DNA of 64,000 nt from a virus (Duplodnaviria > Caudoviricetes): the IMG/VR virus record IMGVR_UViG_2934077722_000001, positions 3,484 through 67,483 of that record; one strand, written 5' to 3'. This document shows positions 36,804 to 49,100 of the stretch, piece by piece. The translations under genes and the position numbers were made by a program. The notes under the pieces are model-generated. The model was not told where the DNA came from. It saw only the letters and a list, made by a program, of their open reading frames with translations, and did no database searches. The stretch's first letter is position 1. Each line of letters opens with the position of its first letter.

Positions 36804-38768
36804 CTACCCCTGGATCGCGGCGAGTTGGGCCTTCACCTCGGCAGGGTCGAGGCGGACGGTGTCCTCGCCGTCCTCGTCGCTCGCGTCCTCATCGGGGCTG
36901 GGCGCGGAGTCGTGGGGTTCGTCGTACGGGTCGTCGTCCCACAGGTCGATGCCGCTGCCTGCCATCGGGGACAGTGCGGCCGCGGGCTGCTCCTGGTCGT
37001 CCTCGTCGTCCGGGCCGATGTCTAGGCCCTTGGAGGAGAGAGCGGCGAGGAGTTCGCCGACCGTGGCGCGCATGGGCTCAAGCTGTTCGGCGTCGTCGAC
37101 GGCCTGGATGCGGGCGGTGGCATCCGTGAGGGCGCGCACGGTCGGCCGGACGACGCGGCTGTCTGTCGTCTCGCTGCTGTCAGCGGCGCGTGCCGGCCCC
37201 TGGTCGGGGATGACCACGGTGGTCAGCTCGACGCGCTGCGGAGTGCCGAGAGATATCTCGGGACCGGTGCTCTCGTAGGGCACGGTGTAGTTGGCGGTGT
37301 CGGCGCCGTCCTGGTGGACGGAGACGATGACACGGTCGGGGTAGGTGGCCTCAATGCACGTCCAGGTGGCTTCCTCAGCCGCAAGCAGGCGGCGGACAGC
37401 TGCGCCGACGCGGTCTCGGATCTCCTCGTATGACGCGGGCAACGGCTGGATCGGCGACACTATGGCTCCAGGGATGATGCGGGACTTGGCTTCGAAGACG
37501 GCGGCGCGAGCGCTTTTGCGCTCGGCGGCGTGGGTGGCGGGGTAGATGCCGGTGGCGTCGCGATTCTTGTCGATGTTGCCTGCCGCCTTGGCTTCGAGGA
37601 CGGCGGCGCGGGCGGTCTTCACATCGAGACTGGCTTGCATCCCGAGATCGTTCTTGCCCAATCGTGCAAGTCCGGTTTCCGGCGCGGGTTCGTCGGCGAC
37701 GCCGGTTGGGCCGGTGAGACGGATGGGGGTGGCGTCCAGTCCGCGCACGACGTGCACGGTGTCGAAGGCGACAGGAATCGCCGGGACGGCCGGGACGTCC
37801 GTGGGCAGGCCGTAGCCGAGGGTGATGTGCGGGGTGAACCCGTGGTCGGTGCGTAGCGCTTCGGCAAGTGGCGACGAAGCGAGCGCACTGACTACGCGTT
37901 GGCGGAGTTCGCTCAGGCCGGGTACGTCGACGGGGACGAACACCGGCTCGCCGTCCCCGGTGTCGGGGAACCGGCCGATGCCTCCGATCTGCCCGGTGAG
38001 CGGGTCGGAGCTGTCGAGTGCTGTGGCGACGATTCTGGCGAGGTCGTCGGGGTGGCCGGGTAGCTGGTCGGCGTCGCCGAGGTAGGCCAGGGTGATGTGC
38101 AGGTCGCGCGGGTCGGTGCCGTCGCGTTGGGCGATCTTGGTGGCGATGCCGGCGGGGACATAGAGCGCAACCATGGTGCCGCGGCCCACCTGTTGCTCGG
38201 CCGCCTTGATATCAATGTGGCCGCTAGACGCGGTGGTCTTGTGCTCCAACTCGACAGAGCCGGGGTCGGCCTTGACCTCCAACGAGCGGGTCATGGGGTG
38301 CGCGCCGTGCAGGACCGGGGAGACCTCGTACAGGTCGAGCTTGTGGATCACGCGGACGCCGTCGGAGCGCTTCGTCGCATGGCCCGGCGCGACGCGGTAG
38401 CCGATGGAGAACTGGGCTTCGTCGTGCAAGTGCCACTGGCGCACCTGCTCGTACACGTCGCGGCCCTTTGTCGTGCGCAGGTTGAACTGGATGGTCGCGA
38501 CGAGCGCCCCGGCCTCCGCGGGCCAGTTCGGGATGTCGGCGAACCGGGGATCACCGGGCTGCCACTCGGCGATCTCCAGCACGACGCCGATGGGCTCTTT
38601 CCACTCGTGGTGCCAGACCGACTTGACGGGTCTGGTCGCCAGAGTGTGAGCGAAGGCGCCGGGGACGATCAGGTCTGCGACTTCATCAACGAGGCCGGTG
38701 ACGGCGAAGATCGCCCTGCAGATGCCCTTGCGGGGCGCAGGGGCTCGGGGCGTGAGGGCGGTCGGCAC
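36804..38768 (-). CDS. HK97 prohead protease fused to a 2H-phosphoesterase (Acb1/LigT-like) and a scaffold-like tail
   Basis: DLIVPGAF, WHH, FSIGY, LYEVSPV protease motifs; two HITL motifs at 38088-38099 and 37818-37829. Confidence 0.88.
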   Translation of the reverse strand: MPTALTPRAPAPRKGICRAIFAVTGLVDEVADLIVPGAFAHTLATRPVKSVWHHEWKEPIGVVLEIAEWQPGDPRFADIPNWPAEAGALVATIQFNLRTTKGRDVYEQVRQWHLHDEAQFSIGYRVAPGHATKRSDGVRVIHKLDLYEVSPVLHGAHPMTRSLEVKADPGSVELEHKTTASSGHIDIKAAEQQVGRGTMVALYVPAGIATKIAQRDGTDPRDLHITLAYLGDADQLPGHPDDLARIVATALDSSDPLTGQIGGIGRFPDTGDGEPVFVPVDVPGLSELRQRVVSALASSPLAEALRTDHGFTPHITLGYGLPTDVPAVPAIPVAFDTVHVVRGLDATPIRLTGPTGVADEPAPETGLARLGKNDLGMQASLDVKTARAAVLEAKAAGNIDKNRDATGIYPATHAAERKSARAAVFEAKSRIIPGAIVSPIQPLPASYEEIRDRVGAAVRRLLAAEEATWTCIEATYPDRVIVSVHQDGADTANYTVPYESTGPEISLGTPQRVELTTVVIPDQGPARAADSSETTDSRVVRPTVRALTDATARIQAVDDAEQLEPMRATVGELLAALSSKGLDIGPDDEDDQEQPAAALSPMAGSGIDLWDDDPYDEPHDSAPSPDEDASDEDGEDTVRLDPAEVKAQLAAIQG

Positions 38769-38828
38769 GGCGAGGAACCTCCGGCGGGTGGACTGTTGGC
38801 CGCCGGGGACCGTGCCGTGCTCGCCCGT

Positions 38829-39041
38829 TTACTGTCCTGCGCTGACCTCGGCCTGGGGGTTCTTCGACTCGGCGGCCGTGCGCGCCGCGATCCATCCCTT
38901 GGTCCAGTAGCGGGCGCCGAACTGCTGCGCCTGGTCGGGGCTGTACTGGTCGTAGGGGCAGGCATCGGAGGGGTCCCCCGCCGCGAACGCGGCCTTGCCC
39001 TCGTCGAGGAGCGCCAGATACCTCTGGCGATTCAGCTCCAC
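38829..39041 (-). CDS. Rmf/CrpP-fold small protein
   Basis: EGKAAFAAG...CPY...WTKGW. Confidence 0.65.
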   Translation of the reverse strand: MELNRQRYLALLDEGKAAFAAGDPSDACPYDQYSPDQAQQFGARYWTKGWIAARTAAESKNPQAEVSAGQ

Positions 39042-39664
39042 CGGTTCTGCTCCTTGCTCTGCTTGGGCGGGAACAGAGGGTCCTGCCCGCCGTGTTCGGC
39101 CGCTGCGTCGCCGCTGCTGCCGTTGGCTTGGCTGTGGGTGCGGCTCATCTGGGCATCGTCGACGTCGATCGCCCAGACGTCCGGGTCCGTATACCGCCAC
39201 ACCTGGCCGGTGGCGTCGCGGACCCATCCCGTCAGTGTGCCGTCTGGGGCCTGGTCGAGCCACGCCTCTTCGCCGTCTGTGCCCTTGTAGGCTGCGAACG
39301 CGTCAACTGGGTCGGTCTCGTCGCCCTCGTCGTACATGTCACCGGACCACGGCCGTGCGTCGTCCTCCGGGGCGGGTGCCGGGTCGGTGCCGGCCTCGTC
39401 CTCCGGCGTCGCGGCACCCTCGGCGGGGGTGGCTCCCTCGTCCAGGGCCGCTTCGTCGGGCATCTCCTCGGCTGCCATCTCCGGGTCCGGGGTCTCTTCG
39501 CTGGGGACGGCGGCGGGTTCCGTGCTCGGGCGGGCGTCGTCCGTCGGCGCGCCGACGTCGGCGCCTTCAGCAGTCGCGGTGTCCTTGTCCTGGTCTTCGT
39601 CGTCGTCCCCGAACGGCTTGCCGCCCTTCGGGAGTGCCTTGATGGCGATTCCGTATCTGGTCAC
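39032..39664 (-). CDS. Acidic hypothetical head-region protein
   Basis: Leaderless GTG after the late motif; acidic linker and Trp-rich beta domain. Confidence 0.7.
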   Translation of the reverse strand: MTRYGIAIKALPKGGKPFGDDDEDQDKDTATAEGADVGAPTDDARPSTEPAAVPSEETPDPEMAAEEMPDEAALDEGATPAEGAATPEDEAGTDPAPAPEDDARPWSGDMYDEGDETDPVDAFAAYKGTDGEEAWLDQAPDGTLTGWVRDATGQVWRYTDPDVWAIDVDDAQMSRTHSQANGSSGDAAAEHGGQDPLFPPKQSKEQNRWS

Positions 39665-39671
39665 GGCGCGC

Positions 39672-39708
39672 AGGGTGGGGAGGCCGACCGGTTAATGTCC
39701 CGTGCTGC
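39672..39708 (-). promoter_or_regulatory. Late-promoter motif (leaderless)
   Basis: GCAGCACGGGAC-ATTAA...19 nt...CACCCT, 7 nt, GTG. Confidence 0.65.
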
Positions 39709-39882
39709 CCGTCCCGCGATGGACTATGACCATAGGCGGAGATGCACACCGCACAGCACCGGTGCGGCCGAATAGTCGGGAACGGCCTCTCGAGTGAGGA
39801 TCGCAACGACGCATCCACCGAGATGACGTTGTTCATCGAACGGGTAATGGCCCCGGACTCCATCCAGGTCCGGGGCCATCAC

Positions 39883-40149
39883 TCATTTCCGTGTCGCACG
39901 GCTGCTTTCGATGATGTCGGTGTACCGGCGGAGGACGGCGAGAACGGCGTCCTCGTCGTCCCCGGCCACCGCACGCAGCGGACCCGTCGGTGTCAGCGGG
40001 ATCGACTCGCCCGCGTGCAGCTCGACGAGCGCCGCCGCGCGGGCGGAGCCAACCACCGGCCGGTCCATGTCCCCGGTGACTTGCACCTGATAGGCGGAGC
40101 CGTCATCGAACCGGCCGGTGACGGTGTGCGGCATCGTCTTCTCCTTCAT
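39883..40149 (-). CDS. Small protein coupled to the giant gene
   Basis: ATGA overlap with the giant ORF stop; alternative ATG at 40134 after AAGGAG; contains TPTGP. Confidence 0.7.
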   Translation of the reverse strand: MKEKTMPHTVTGRFDDGSAYQVQVTGDMDRPVVGSARAAALVELHAGESIPLTPTGPLRAVAGDDEDAVLAVLRRYTDIIESSRATRK

Positions 40150-43100
40150 CGCGTGGCGAGCAGGCCGAGGAGGAACGCCCTCAGGTCATCGTCCTCGTAC
40201 CAATCGCCGGTGAACATGGCCTGCAACGACCGGGCGAGACTGTCACCGGTGTCCGTCTGCGTCTGCTGCTGGGCCAGAAGCCTTCCCAGGGCGGCCCGGT
40301 CGAGCGTGCGGGCGCCAGGGCGCCCGGTGCGGGTCCGCGTGAACCAGAACGCGCGCTGTGCAGCGTCCAGGTCCGGCAAGTGCCCGGCGAGGTGCTGCGC
40401 CAGGACGTGCGCGGCCGTACCAACTCCCCGGTCGCCGAGGTCAGCGACGGTAGCCCGGCGCGCGTCGGGCTCGTAGCGGCCTGAGTCGCCTTCGACGGCG
40501 GTGAGCCTGCGCCCGTCCGGGGCGGCGAGCCAGTCCCCGGGGATGAGGAACTGCACGTCGCGTACGGCCCGTTCGGCGTCCGGGGTGCTGTCCGGGCCGA
40601 ACACGATGCCCGCGTTGCCCTGGGGGCCGAGATCCCGGACGTCGGCCAGGGCTGCCGCAACAGCATCGGGCACCGCAGCGGCGTACCGAGTCCGCAACTC
40701 CTCCCATTCGCGGCGGGCAGCCGCAACCTCCATGCGGGCGGCCGCGATCTCCACGTCGACGTCCGGGTCCTGGATGGTGCTGCTGCCGCGTGCGGCCTGG
40801 AGGTTGAGCAGGCGCCGCTCCGTGGCGGCCACGTAGTCGTCCGCATGCCGCAACGTGCCGTGCGGGTCACCGCCGAAGTCGTCGCCGAGCGCATCGGCCA
40901 AACGACGCGTCACGTCCTGGTCCACGTCCGTGCCGGCGGCCCGCAGCGCGGCCATGTGGCGCAGCGCGTTGAGGCCCGGCCCACCGTCAGCGGCGCGGTC
41001 CGGCACCCACCGGGTCTCGCTGGAGCGGCCGGGGAGCCTGCCCGCGGCGAGCTGTGCCCACGTCGTCGGCCTCCACCAAGAGACGCGACGGGACGCCTGC
41101 CCGAAGCGACCCGGCTCGGGCAGCAGGCCCGCCCACTGGGAGACCCGCGCGGCCAGCGACTCGCCCTCGACGTCCGGGAGGTCGAGGGCAGCCTGCAAGC
41201 GTGCAAGGCGTCGGGACTCCGGCCAGTCGCGCACCCGGCGCACCAGGCGCCGCAGGAACGCCCGCAGGCGGGAGAGCCTGTCACGGCCGTTGCGCCACAG
41301 CTCGGCGATCTTCTCGGCGGCGGCCTTCACCAACTCGATGAGGCGACGGCCCATGCGCCCCAGCAGAGCGATCACACGGGCGAAGAGACCGGGCTGCTGG
41401 CCAGGGTCCGGAGTCGTGCCGGTGGCGCGGCGGACGATACGCCGGGCGGTGGCCTGGCGGGTGCCGTCGAGCTGCGCCGTCAGGAGCCGGGTCAGTGCGT
41501 CGATGTCGGCCGGGTCGCCCCCGGCCTCTTCGAGCTGCCGAAGGAGCGCGGCAACCGCGTCGTTGACGTGCGCGGTGGCGTCGGCGGACCCGTCGCCGTC
41601 CGGGACGCTGCGGCGACGCGACGAGGACGGGGCGTCGACCTGGTCTGGGATGAGCCGCAGCAGGCCAGCAGCGCGCTGGGCCAGGTCCTCGTGGGGCTCG
41701 CCGGGGAGCGGTTCGAGGTCGTTGATGGTGCGCAGTGCGGCCCGGATGGTCCGCTCGTGAGCCTTCTCACGGGCCCGGCGCAGGGCTTGCTGTACGGCGG
41801 CGCGGTCGCGTCCGGTGATGCCCGCGGCGTTCAGGGCAGCGTTCGCGTCCTGGCGGGCGGCGTTGCGGGCGTCCTGCAGGGCCTCGGGTGTAAGGCGCTG
41901 CGCGATCTGCTCGCGTAGCGCGTGGATGTCGCCGGGCGGCTCGGTGCCGGCAACGGCCTCGTCGATTACGCGTACGGCGACCGTGCGGCTGTGGTCGGCG
42001 ACGATCTGGCGCCGTACTGAGGCGATCGGCAGGTTGGGGTCGCGCGGAGCCGGAGCGGGCGCCGGGGCCGGGTTGTCGTTACGGCCGTTTGTGTCCGGGG
42101 CGGGCTCGGGGAGCTGCCAAACGGGCATTGCGGCGTGGACGATGCGGCGCCTCCACTGCCGGTTCTCGTCCTCCAGGAGCAGACGGCGCACCCCGCCGGG
42201 GCCCTCCTCCACGTCGATGACGCGGTAGATGTGGACCTCGTCGCCGCGGCGCTCGTCGGGCATGGCGATGACGTCGCCTTCGCCGATCTGCGCGGCGTTG
42301 GACGGACGGGGGCGATCGAGTTCCTCCGGTGCGGGTCGGCTGGCGGCGCGGTCGAGGTGGGCGGCGGCGCGCAGCGCGGCCCGCCCCTCGGTGGTGGCCG
42401 GGTCCGCGTTCGTCCGGAGTTGAGCCGCGAGAGCGGCGGCCTGGTCCGGCGTGACGGGGAGGTCGGCGCCGAGTCGGGCGGCGGCCTGCTGGGCGTCGGG
42501 GTCGTCCTCGGGACTGCTGCCGTTGTCGGCGATGGCGTCGCGGTCTGCCGGGGTGAGGTCCGGGTCGACCGTAGGTCCGGTGACCGGGTCGAGGGCTGGC
42601 AGCGGCTCGTGCACCGTGAGGTCGTCGTCGGCGGCCGGAGCGTCGTCCGGGCCGAGGTCGGGGGCGGCTCCGTTCGGTCCTTCGGCCTTGTGGACGACGG
42701 CCGTGGCGTCCATGTCGATGGCGCCGAACTCGCCCGTCGTGGTGTCGACGTAGTCGAGGGTGACGCGGTCGCCGTCGCGGTTGGTGTCCAGGACCTCTAC
42801 GGTGGTCGGGGTGCCGTCGAGGTCAAGCACGACGATGTCGCCCTTGTTGATCTCGTCGGCGGTCTGCTCGCTGATGCCCGTGATGGGGGCGGTCTCGGGG
42901 GTGTCGTCGCGGACTTCACCGACGACGCGGAGGTCCGCGGCATCGCGGGTGACGGTGCCCTCGGCTGTGGTGACCGTGATGCGGTCACCGTTGGTTTCAT
43001 CGACCGGGCCGAGGAGCGCCCCGTTCTCGTCGGAGACGACGTCGCCGGGGCGGACCCGTTGGCCTGTGGCGGTCCAGCCCTGGGGCCGGTGGTCCGCGGA

Positions 43101-46100
43101 GTCGTCCACGGTGAGGGATGTGGGCGCGACTCCGGTGTCGGTGTCGCTGTCGGCCCACCGTACGGAGACGGTGGTGTCGGTGACGCCGGTGACCGTGCCT
43201 TCGCGGTCGCCGTAGCCGGTGACGCGGCTGCCGGGGAACAGACCGCGGCCGCGGGTGTCGGTGGCGATGGTGTCGGGCAGGTCGCCGCTAATGACGTCGC
43301 CCTGGGCACCGCTCACCGGGGCGCCGGGGGCGTCGGTCTCCGGGGCCTCGGCGCGCGCAGCGGTGGTGTTGAGCGGGGTGTAGACGGTGCCGCGACTGCC
43401 GGTGCGGCCGTCGGGGCTCTCGCCGATCGTCGTACGCCACATGTCGTCGGTGCGGCCTCGGCGGGTCACCGTGACGCGCTCCGGGGCTTCGAGGACGTAC
43501 CCGGCGCGGGTTACGGCGCGGCCGCGGCGGGTGGTGCCGTCGATGCGCGCCATGTCGCCGGGCTGGAGCTGGTCGACGCTGGCCCAGTGCGCGGGCTGTC
43601 CACCGATGGGCTCCGGCTCAGCAAGCTGCCGCGGCTGGGACGCTTGGTCGCTGTGTGGCTCGGGGTCCGGATCCGGACGAACCTGAGCGGGGGAGTCGAG
43701 GCGGTCGGGTTCGTCAGGCGCGCCGGCGTCCGGCCGGGCTCCGGGACGGGTGTGCTGGTCGTCGACAGACGCGGTGTCCTCGCCGGGGCGCGGCTTGCGC
43801 CGAACCACACCCAGGTCCAAGAGCGCATCGTGCGGGCGCGTGGTCTGCTCGTCCGGGCCGGTCCAGGTGATGTCGGCCGGGTAGCGATGGAAGTCCCGGG
43901 AGCCGAGGGCTTGTATGCCCGCCTGAGGGTTCCAGAGTTGAGGCCGACCGGTGATGGTGCCGCGCGCGGTGCCCATCGGGTGCGGTCCTCCGCGCAGGGA
44001 GCGGCCGGGGTCGGCAGCCAGCGGGTAGCTGACTTCGTCGCCGGGCTGAAGGTCTGCCGGGCCGGCGAGCACGGTGTACCCGTCCGCCTCCTGCTGCCGG
44101 TGCCAGTCGTCGGCGGTCTGCCGCCAGGCCAGGCGTTCGTCGGCGCGGTCGCGGTCGTACTTCCACTGCCCCTCGCGGCTCGGGTTGTTCGCCAGTGCGC
44201 GGGCCATGGTCTCAGCGAGCGTTTCATCGTCCGGGCCGCCGAAGGCGCGGGCGCGCTGCACCGCGTCGGGAGCGTCCCACGGGAATGGCTGCCCGTCGGC
44301 ATCCCGTACTTCCTCTTCGAGGGTGTTCGCCGCGTGGAGGGCGTCCTTGAGCGTCCCGAAGCCGTCGCTGTGGTCGCGGAGGACTGGGGTCATGCTGCCG
44401 GGGGCGGCCACGATGAAGCGGCGGTTGTACTCGTCGCCGTCTCGTACCGCGTCGTTGCCGTAGACCAAGAGCCGACCGCCACGGGACAGACGGGTGTTCT
44501 TGTCGTTCGCGATCTCACGCAACTCCTCCGGACTCGGAGGGCTGGTGTGCATGCCGGCGCCGGGCGCGGGGGGATCGAGCTGGCCGTTGCGAAGGTGGTC
44601 GCGTACCGCATTGAGGTTGGCGAACCGCGGCTTCGCCGGGTCGTACGGTGATGCGGCCTCCGCCTGGGGGGCTTCGTCGTTGGTGCCTCCCGGTGTGGGG
44701 GTGTCCGCCTGAGGCTCCGAGGCCGGGGCGTCGGGGGTGTTCGTGGCGGCCGCGGACTGTTGCTCGGCTGCGTGCTGGTCGCGCTCGATCCGCTCGTCAG
44801 CGCGGCGCTTCTGCTTGAACTGGTTGTACGTCAGACGGCCGCCGTTGTTGTCGAACCAATCGATGAGTTCTTCGCTGGCGTAGTCCCGCCACCGGCTGAA
44901 CCGGGACAGGTTGCCGCCGGAGAACAGGTCACGCTCGTTTACGGGCGGGAGCCGCCTGCTTGTGTTGCTGAAGAAGTAGCCGTTGGTGGCGTCGACGGCG
45001 GCGGAGTACCGGGCCTCGTCGAGGTCCTGGAATTCGCGCTGAAGGCGCTCCTCGCGGGTCTGCGGGCGCCGGGTGACGTCCGTGGTACCGAAGCCGAGCG
45101 CGGCGTCCATCGCCTCGCCGCGACGTCGGACCTCGTCAGCGTCGGCTGCCGGCGTGGTCGGGATCGCATCGCGGACGCGCTTGTCGGCCTCGTCGCGCCG
45201 GTCCATCTCCGCCGCGACGCGCATCTGGTCGTCTTCGGAGAGCCCCTGTCCCCATGCAGCCGCGAGGTCGTCGTCGGTCAGGTTGGTCACGTCCTCGGGG
45301 AGCGTGACGACCGGCGGTGCCGTCTCCGGGGAGTCGTTGGTGCTGTCGTGGTCGGTCTGGAACAGGTCGCGCATCGCGCGCAGGGCTTCGGGCAGCGTGC
45401 GGCCCTCGCGGTCGCGCCACTGGGCGATGGTGTCCGGGGTGAGGGGCTGGTGCCAGTCGATGGGCTGGCCGTCCGCGTCGGTGGTTATCTCGAACAGGTC
45501 GGCGAGATCACGGGCTTCATCAGCGTCGCGTGCGGTGAGCGTGATCTTTCCGAAGCGACCGCCGTTGCGGGCCTGCGCGAACTGCCACCGTCGTGCCCCG
45601 CCGGGGGTGTCGGAGGGGTCGTCGGCCCAGGTGACCAGTCCGCCCCCGGAGGACAGGGTGAGCGTCGGGTTGTCGGTGAGCTGGGTGAGGAACGCGCGCC
45701 GCTCCGGGGTGTTCTCCTCGGCGGTCAGTCGGTCGCCGCGCCGCCACGCTTCGCGCAGGTCGGCCACAGTGCGGGGCCAGTCGCGGTCGGGCGCCCCGCC
45801 ACCGTGTCCCACGCCGTCTCCATCGCCAGTACCGGTGCTGGCAGGGACGTTCGGGAGGTGCGGCAGGTCGAGACGGGGCAGGCCGGGCCCGCCGGGGCCC
45901 TGGCCGCCGGTTCCTCGGTTTCCACGGCGCCGACGGCGACGACGGCGCCGGTCGCGGTCGTTCTCTTCGTCCTCGGCGTCGGGCTCGTTGGCATCCGCGC
46001 TGTCCTCGTTGCGCCCGGAGTCGGGGCCGGTCGGCATCTGCGGTTCGCCGTCGGCGCCCTCCGGGCCCTCGTCCGGGGATGCGGCATTAGCGTCGGTGTC

Positions 46101-49100
46101 CCGGCCGCGGCGGTTGCGCTCGTCGTCGCGCTGCTCGTTGTCCGGGGTGTCCTCCGGCTGCTCCTTGTCGTTCTGCTGGTCAGGCTCCGGGGTCTCGTCG
46201 CGGTTGTCCGCTACGTCGGCGTCCGGGAAGTTGGTGGCCGACTGCTCGTCACGGTCGTCGGTAATCTCCTCGTCCGGGTACCGCAGGCGGAGTTCGGCGT
46301 CACGGTTGTAGAACCGCTCCTCGCCGTCGTCAGTGACGATCCGAACGCGCCCTCGGCCGGTGAGCCGCGGCGGCTCAGCGACCTTGTGCGTACGGCCGTC
46401 GGCGTCGGTGTACCGGTCGCCTTCCTCCAGGTCGGCGGGGTTGCGCACCTGGACGGGGCGGAGGCGGCTGGTGTCGCGCCCCTCGTGGTCCGCGAACATG
46501 TCCGGTGTCCCGAACGCATCGTCGGGCTGGTCGAGCGGGTTCTTCGGGTCAGCGACCGCAGGGGCCTGAGTCTCCGGCGCTTCGACGTCGAAGAGGCCGC
46601 CTTCCGGCTCTGCGGGCTCCGGTTTCTTCGGCTCGGGCTTCGGCGTGCGTCCGGCACGGCGGTCCTTCTCCGCCTCCAGCACGGCCATGCGGGTGCGGTC
46701 GGCGCCGGCCAATTCGCCGTCGGCCATCTCCCGTTCCATCAGGGCCACGATTTCGTTGGCGATCTCCTGGTCGGTCATGGCCGATGGCGCCTTGGTGCCT
46801 TCGGGGCGGATGGCGTCGAGCTGTTGGGCGACCTCGTTGCGGTCGAGGGTGACCGTGTCCTCTGAGTCCGTCGGGGTGTCTGCCTGGGGCTCGTCCGGGG
46901 TGTCGTCGGTGTCGCCCTGCTCCGGTGCCGGCCGCTCGGTGTTGTCTTCTTCGGGGGACTCGCTATCGCCGGAGGCAGCGGGCACTGGCGGCACGTCGCG
47001 GCCGCCGTCGTCACCGTCGCCTGCCGCGGTCTCCGGCTTGTCGGCACTGTCGTTGCGGGGGGCGTCCCCGTCCGTGCGGAGGTTGTCGAGGGTCTGGGTG
47101 ACCTCCTCAGCAGAGAGCCGCACACGGTCCTTCTCCGGCTCCTGCTCCTCCGGTATCTCCGGCTTCTCGGAGCGCTCCGGCTCGGGGAACTTGCTGTCGA
47201 ACTCTTCGAGAGTGAGCACCGCAGCGCCGACGGCGGCCTGGAGCGGGATGCGGGCCTCACGCCGCTCCTCGACGATCTGCGTGCGCTGCGTCTTGGTCAG
47301 CTTCTTGTCGAGTTCGGTCTCGTCGATCTCGGGCAGCTTGTCGAGGTCAGCGATCCTGCCGACCACGTCGTCCAGCAGGTTCGCACGGGCCCGCGCGTGC
47401 TCGATCTGCGGTGTGAAGTCCGCGGCTGCCTGCGCCGACTGCAAGAGAGCTATCTGCTCGTTGAGTTCGGGCATCCGCGCGCGATCCGCCTGCTGGAGGG
47501 CGGGGGCCTTCTCCAGGGCGTTGGCGAGCCGGGTGATCAGGCCCGACCCGGCGCCCTTCTTCTTCAGGTCCTCCGGGCCGCGCTCGAAGTCGGAGCGCGC
47601 GAGGTCGGGGAAGCCGACGTGTGCGACGAGCTTGCCGTCCGCGCGCCGCTCGGTGCGCACACCGACGTCGAGTCCGCCGAACTGGCCCAGGACCTTCCAC
47701 GGGCCGATGCCGTCGCGGTCGTGCTCCAGGAGCTGGGTGGTGACCTGCTGGTGCAGGGCCGCCGCGGCGTCGGAACGCTCGGTGTACGACAGGCCGCCGA
47801 GGTTCATGGCGAAGGAGTCGCGGACGTTGCGGATGCGGGGTAGGGCCTTCTCGCGGCGGGCGATGCCGTCGCGGGTCTTCGCGAGTTCCTGCTGAAGGTC
47901 TGCCAGAGCTTCTTGCCTGCGGACTCGCTCGGCGGCCTCGTTGTGCTGGTCGATCTCCAGGTCACGCAGGGTACGGCGGGCCTTCATGAGCTGGCTCATG
48001 TACGGATTGCCGCCGATCTCGGCTTCCATCGTTTCGTAGTCGGGGTAGTCGACGTCGAGTTCGGTGACGGTGTCGCGGGTGTCGCTGTCGGCCATCTCCG
48101 GCCGCTGGATGTCGACCAGGCCCTCGGCCTTGGAGGCGACGAAGCCCGCCTTCCAGCCGTCGAGGCTGCCCTTGGTCGCGAAAATGTCGATCTCAACTTC
48201 CGCGTTCTGGTTGCCGTATCGCAGGATGCGGCCGTTGCGCTGCTCCATCTGCGCGGCGCCCCAGTCGAGGTCGACGTGCGTCAGGCTGACCATGCGGTTC
48301 TGCGCGTTCATGCCCGTGCCGGCGACGCTGCTGGAGCCGATGAGGACGGCTATCTCGCCGTCGCGGGAGCGGCGGAACAGCTCGGCCAGTTCCTCGGGCT
48401 TGCCCGACTTCTTGTGGTCCTGGACGAAGGCGATCTTCTCTGCGGGGATGCCGCCCTCGACCATGAGCCGCTTGAGTTCGGCGTAGGCGTCGAAGCCGCC
48501 GCGGTTGTTGCCGCCCGGCACACCCTCGTTCAGGAAGATCATCTGAAGGGCGCCGGGGGTCGGGTGATCCTCGGTGCTGCCGTAGTACGTCGTGTAGACG
48601 CGGTCTTTGTGCTGGTGGTAGCGCTCGATGTGCTTCGCGGCGACCGCGCGGAGCTTGTTGCCCGCCGGGGCCTTTGCGTCGACGAGCCGCGGGTCCAGCG
48701 CGACGGACGTGCCCTCGCCTGCGACAGCGAGCATGTTGTCCTGCGACCGGTCGACGTCGCCCTGGTGGATCGCGCGACCGCGAGCGACGAGCTTCTTCAG
48801 CCGGGCCGTCTGGTCCTTGGTCGGGTCGACCATGACCAGGTTGGGGCCGCCGTCCTTGACCTTCGGGCGGGGAATGCCCACGTCGTCGGCGCGCTTGGTG
48901 TCGGCGACTAGGCCCCACATCGTCTTCATGGCCCGCCGGTTGTGGAACTCAGCGAACCGCTCCACGATCCGCAGACCACTGCCGTCGGGGGCGTTCTCGA
49001 CGCGCAAGGTCTTGCGGCCGAAGGTGGCGGCCCACAGGTCCGGTGCCCCGGCCTTGTAGGCGTCGAGGACCCACGGGGCGGCCAGTGCGAGCATGGTGAA

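Noticed and set aside
38790-38826. Sixteenth late-promoter copy upstream of the protease
   Set aside because: Only GAGCACG matches; the GAC-19 nt-CANNNT spacing is not satisfied
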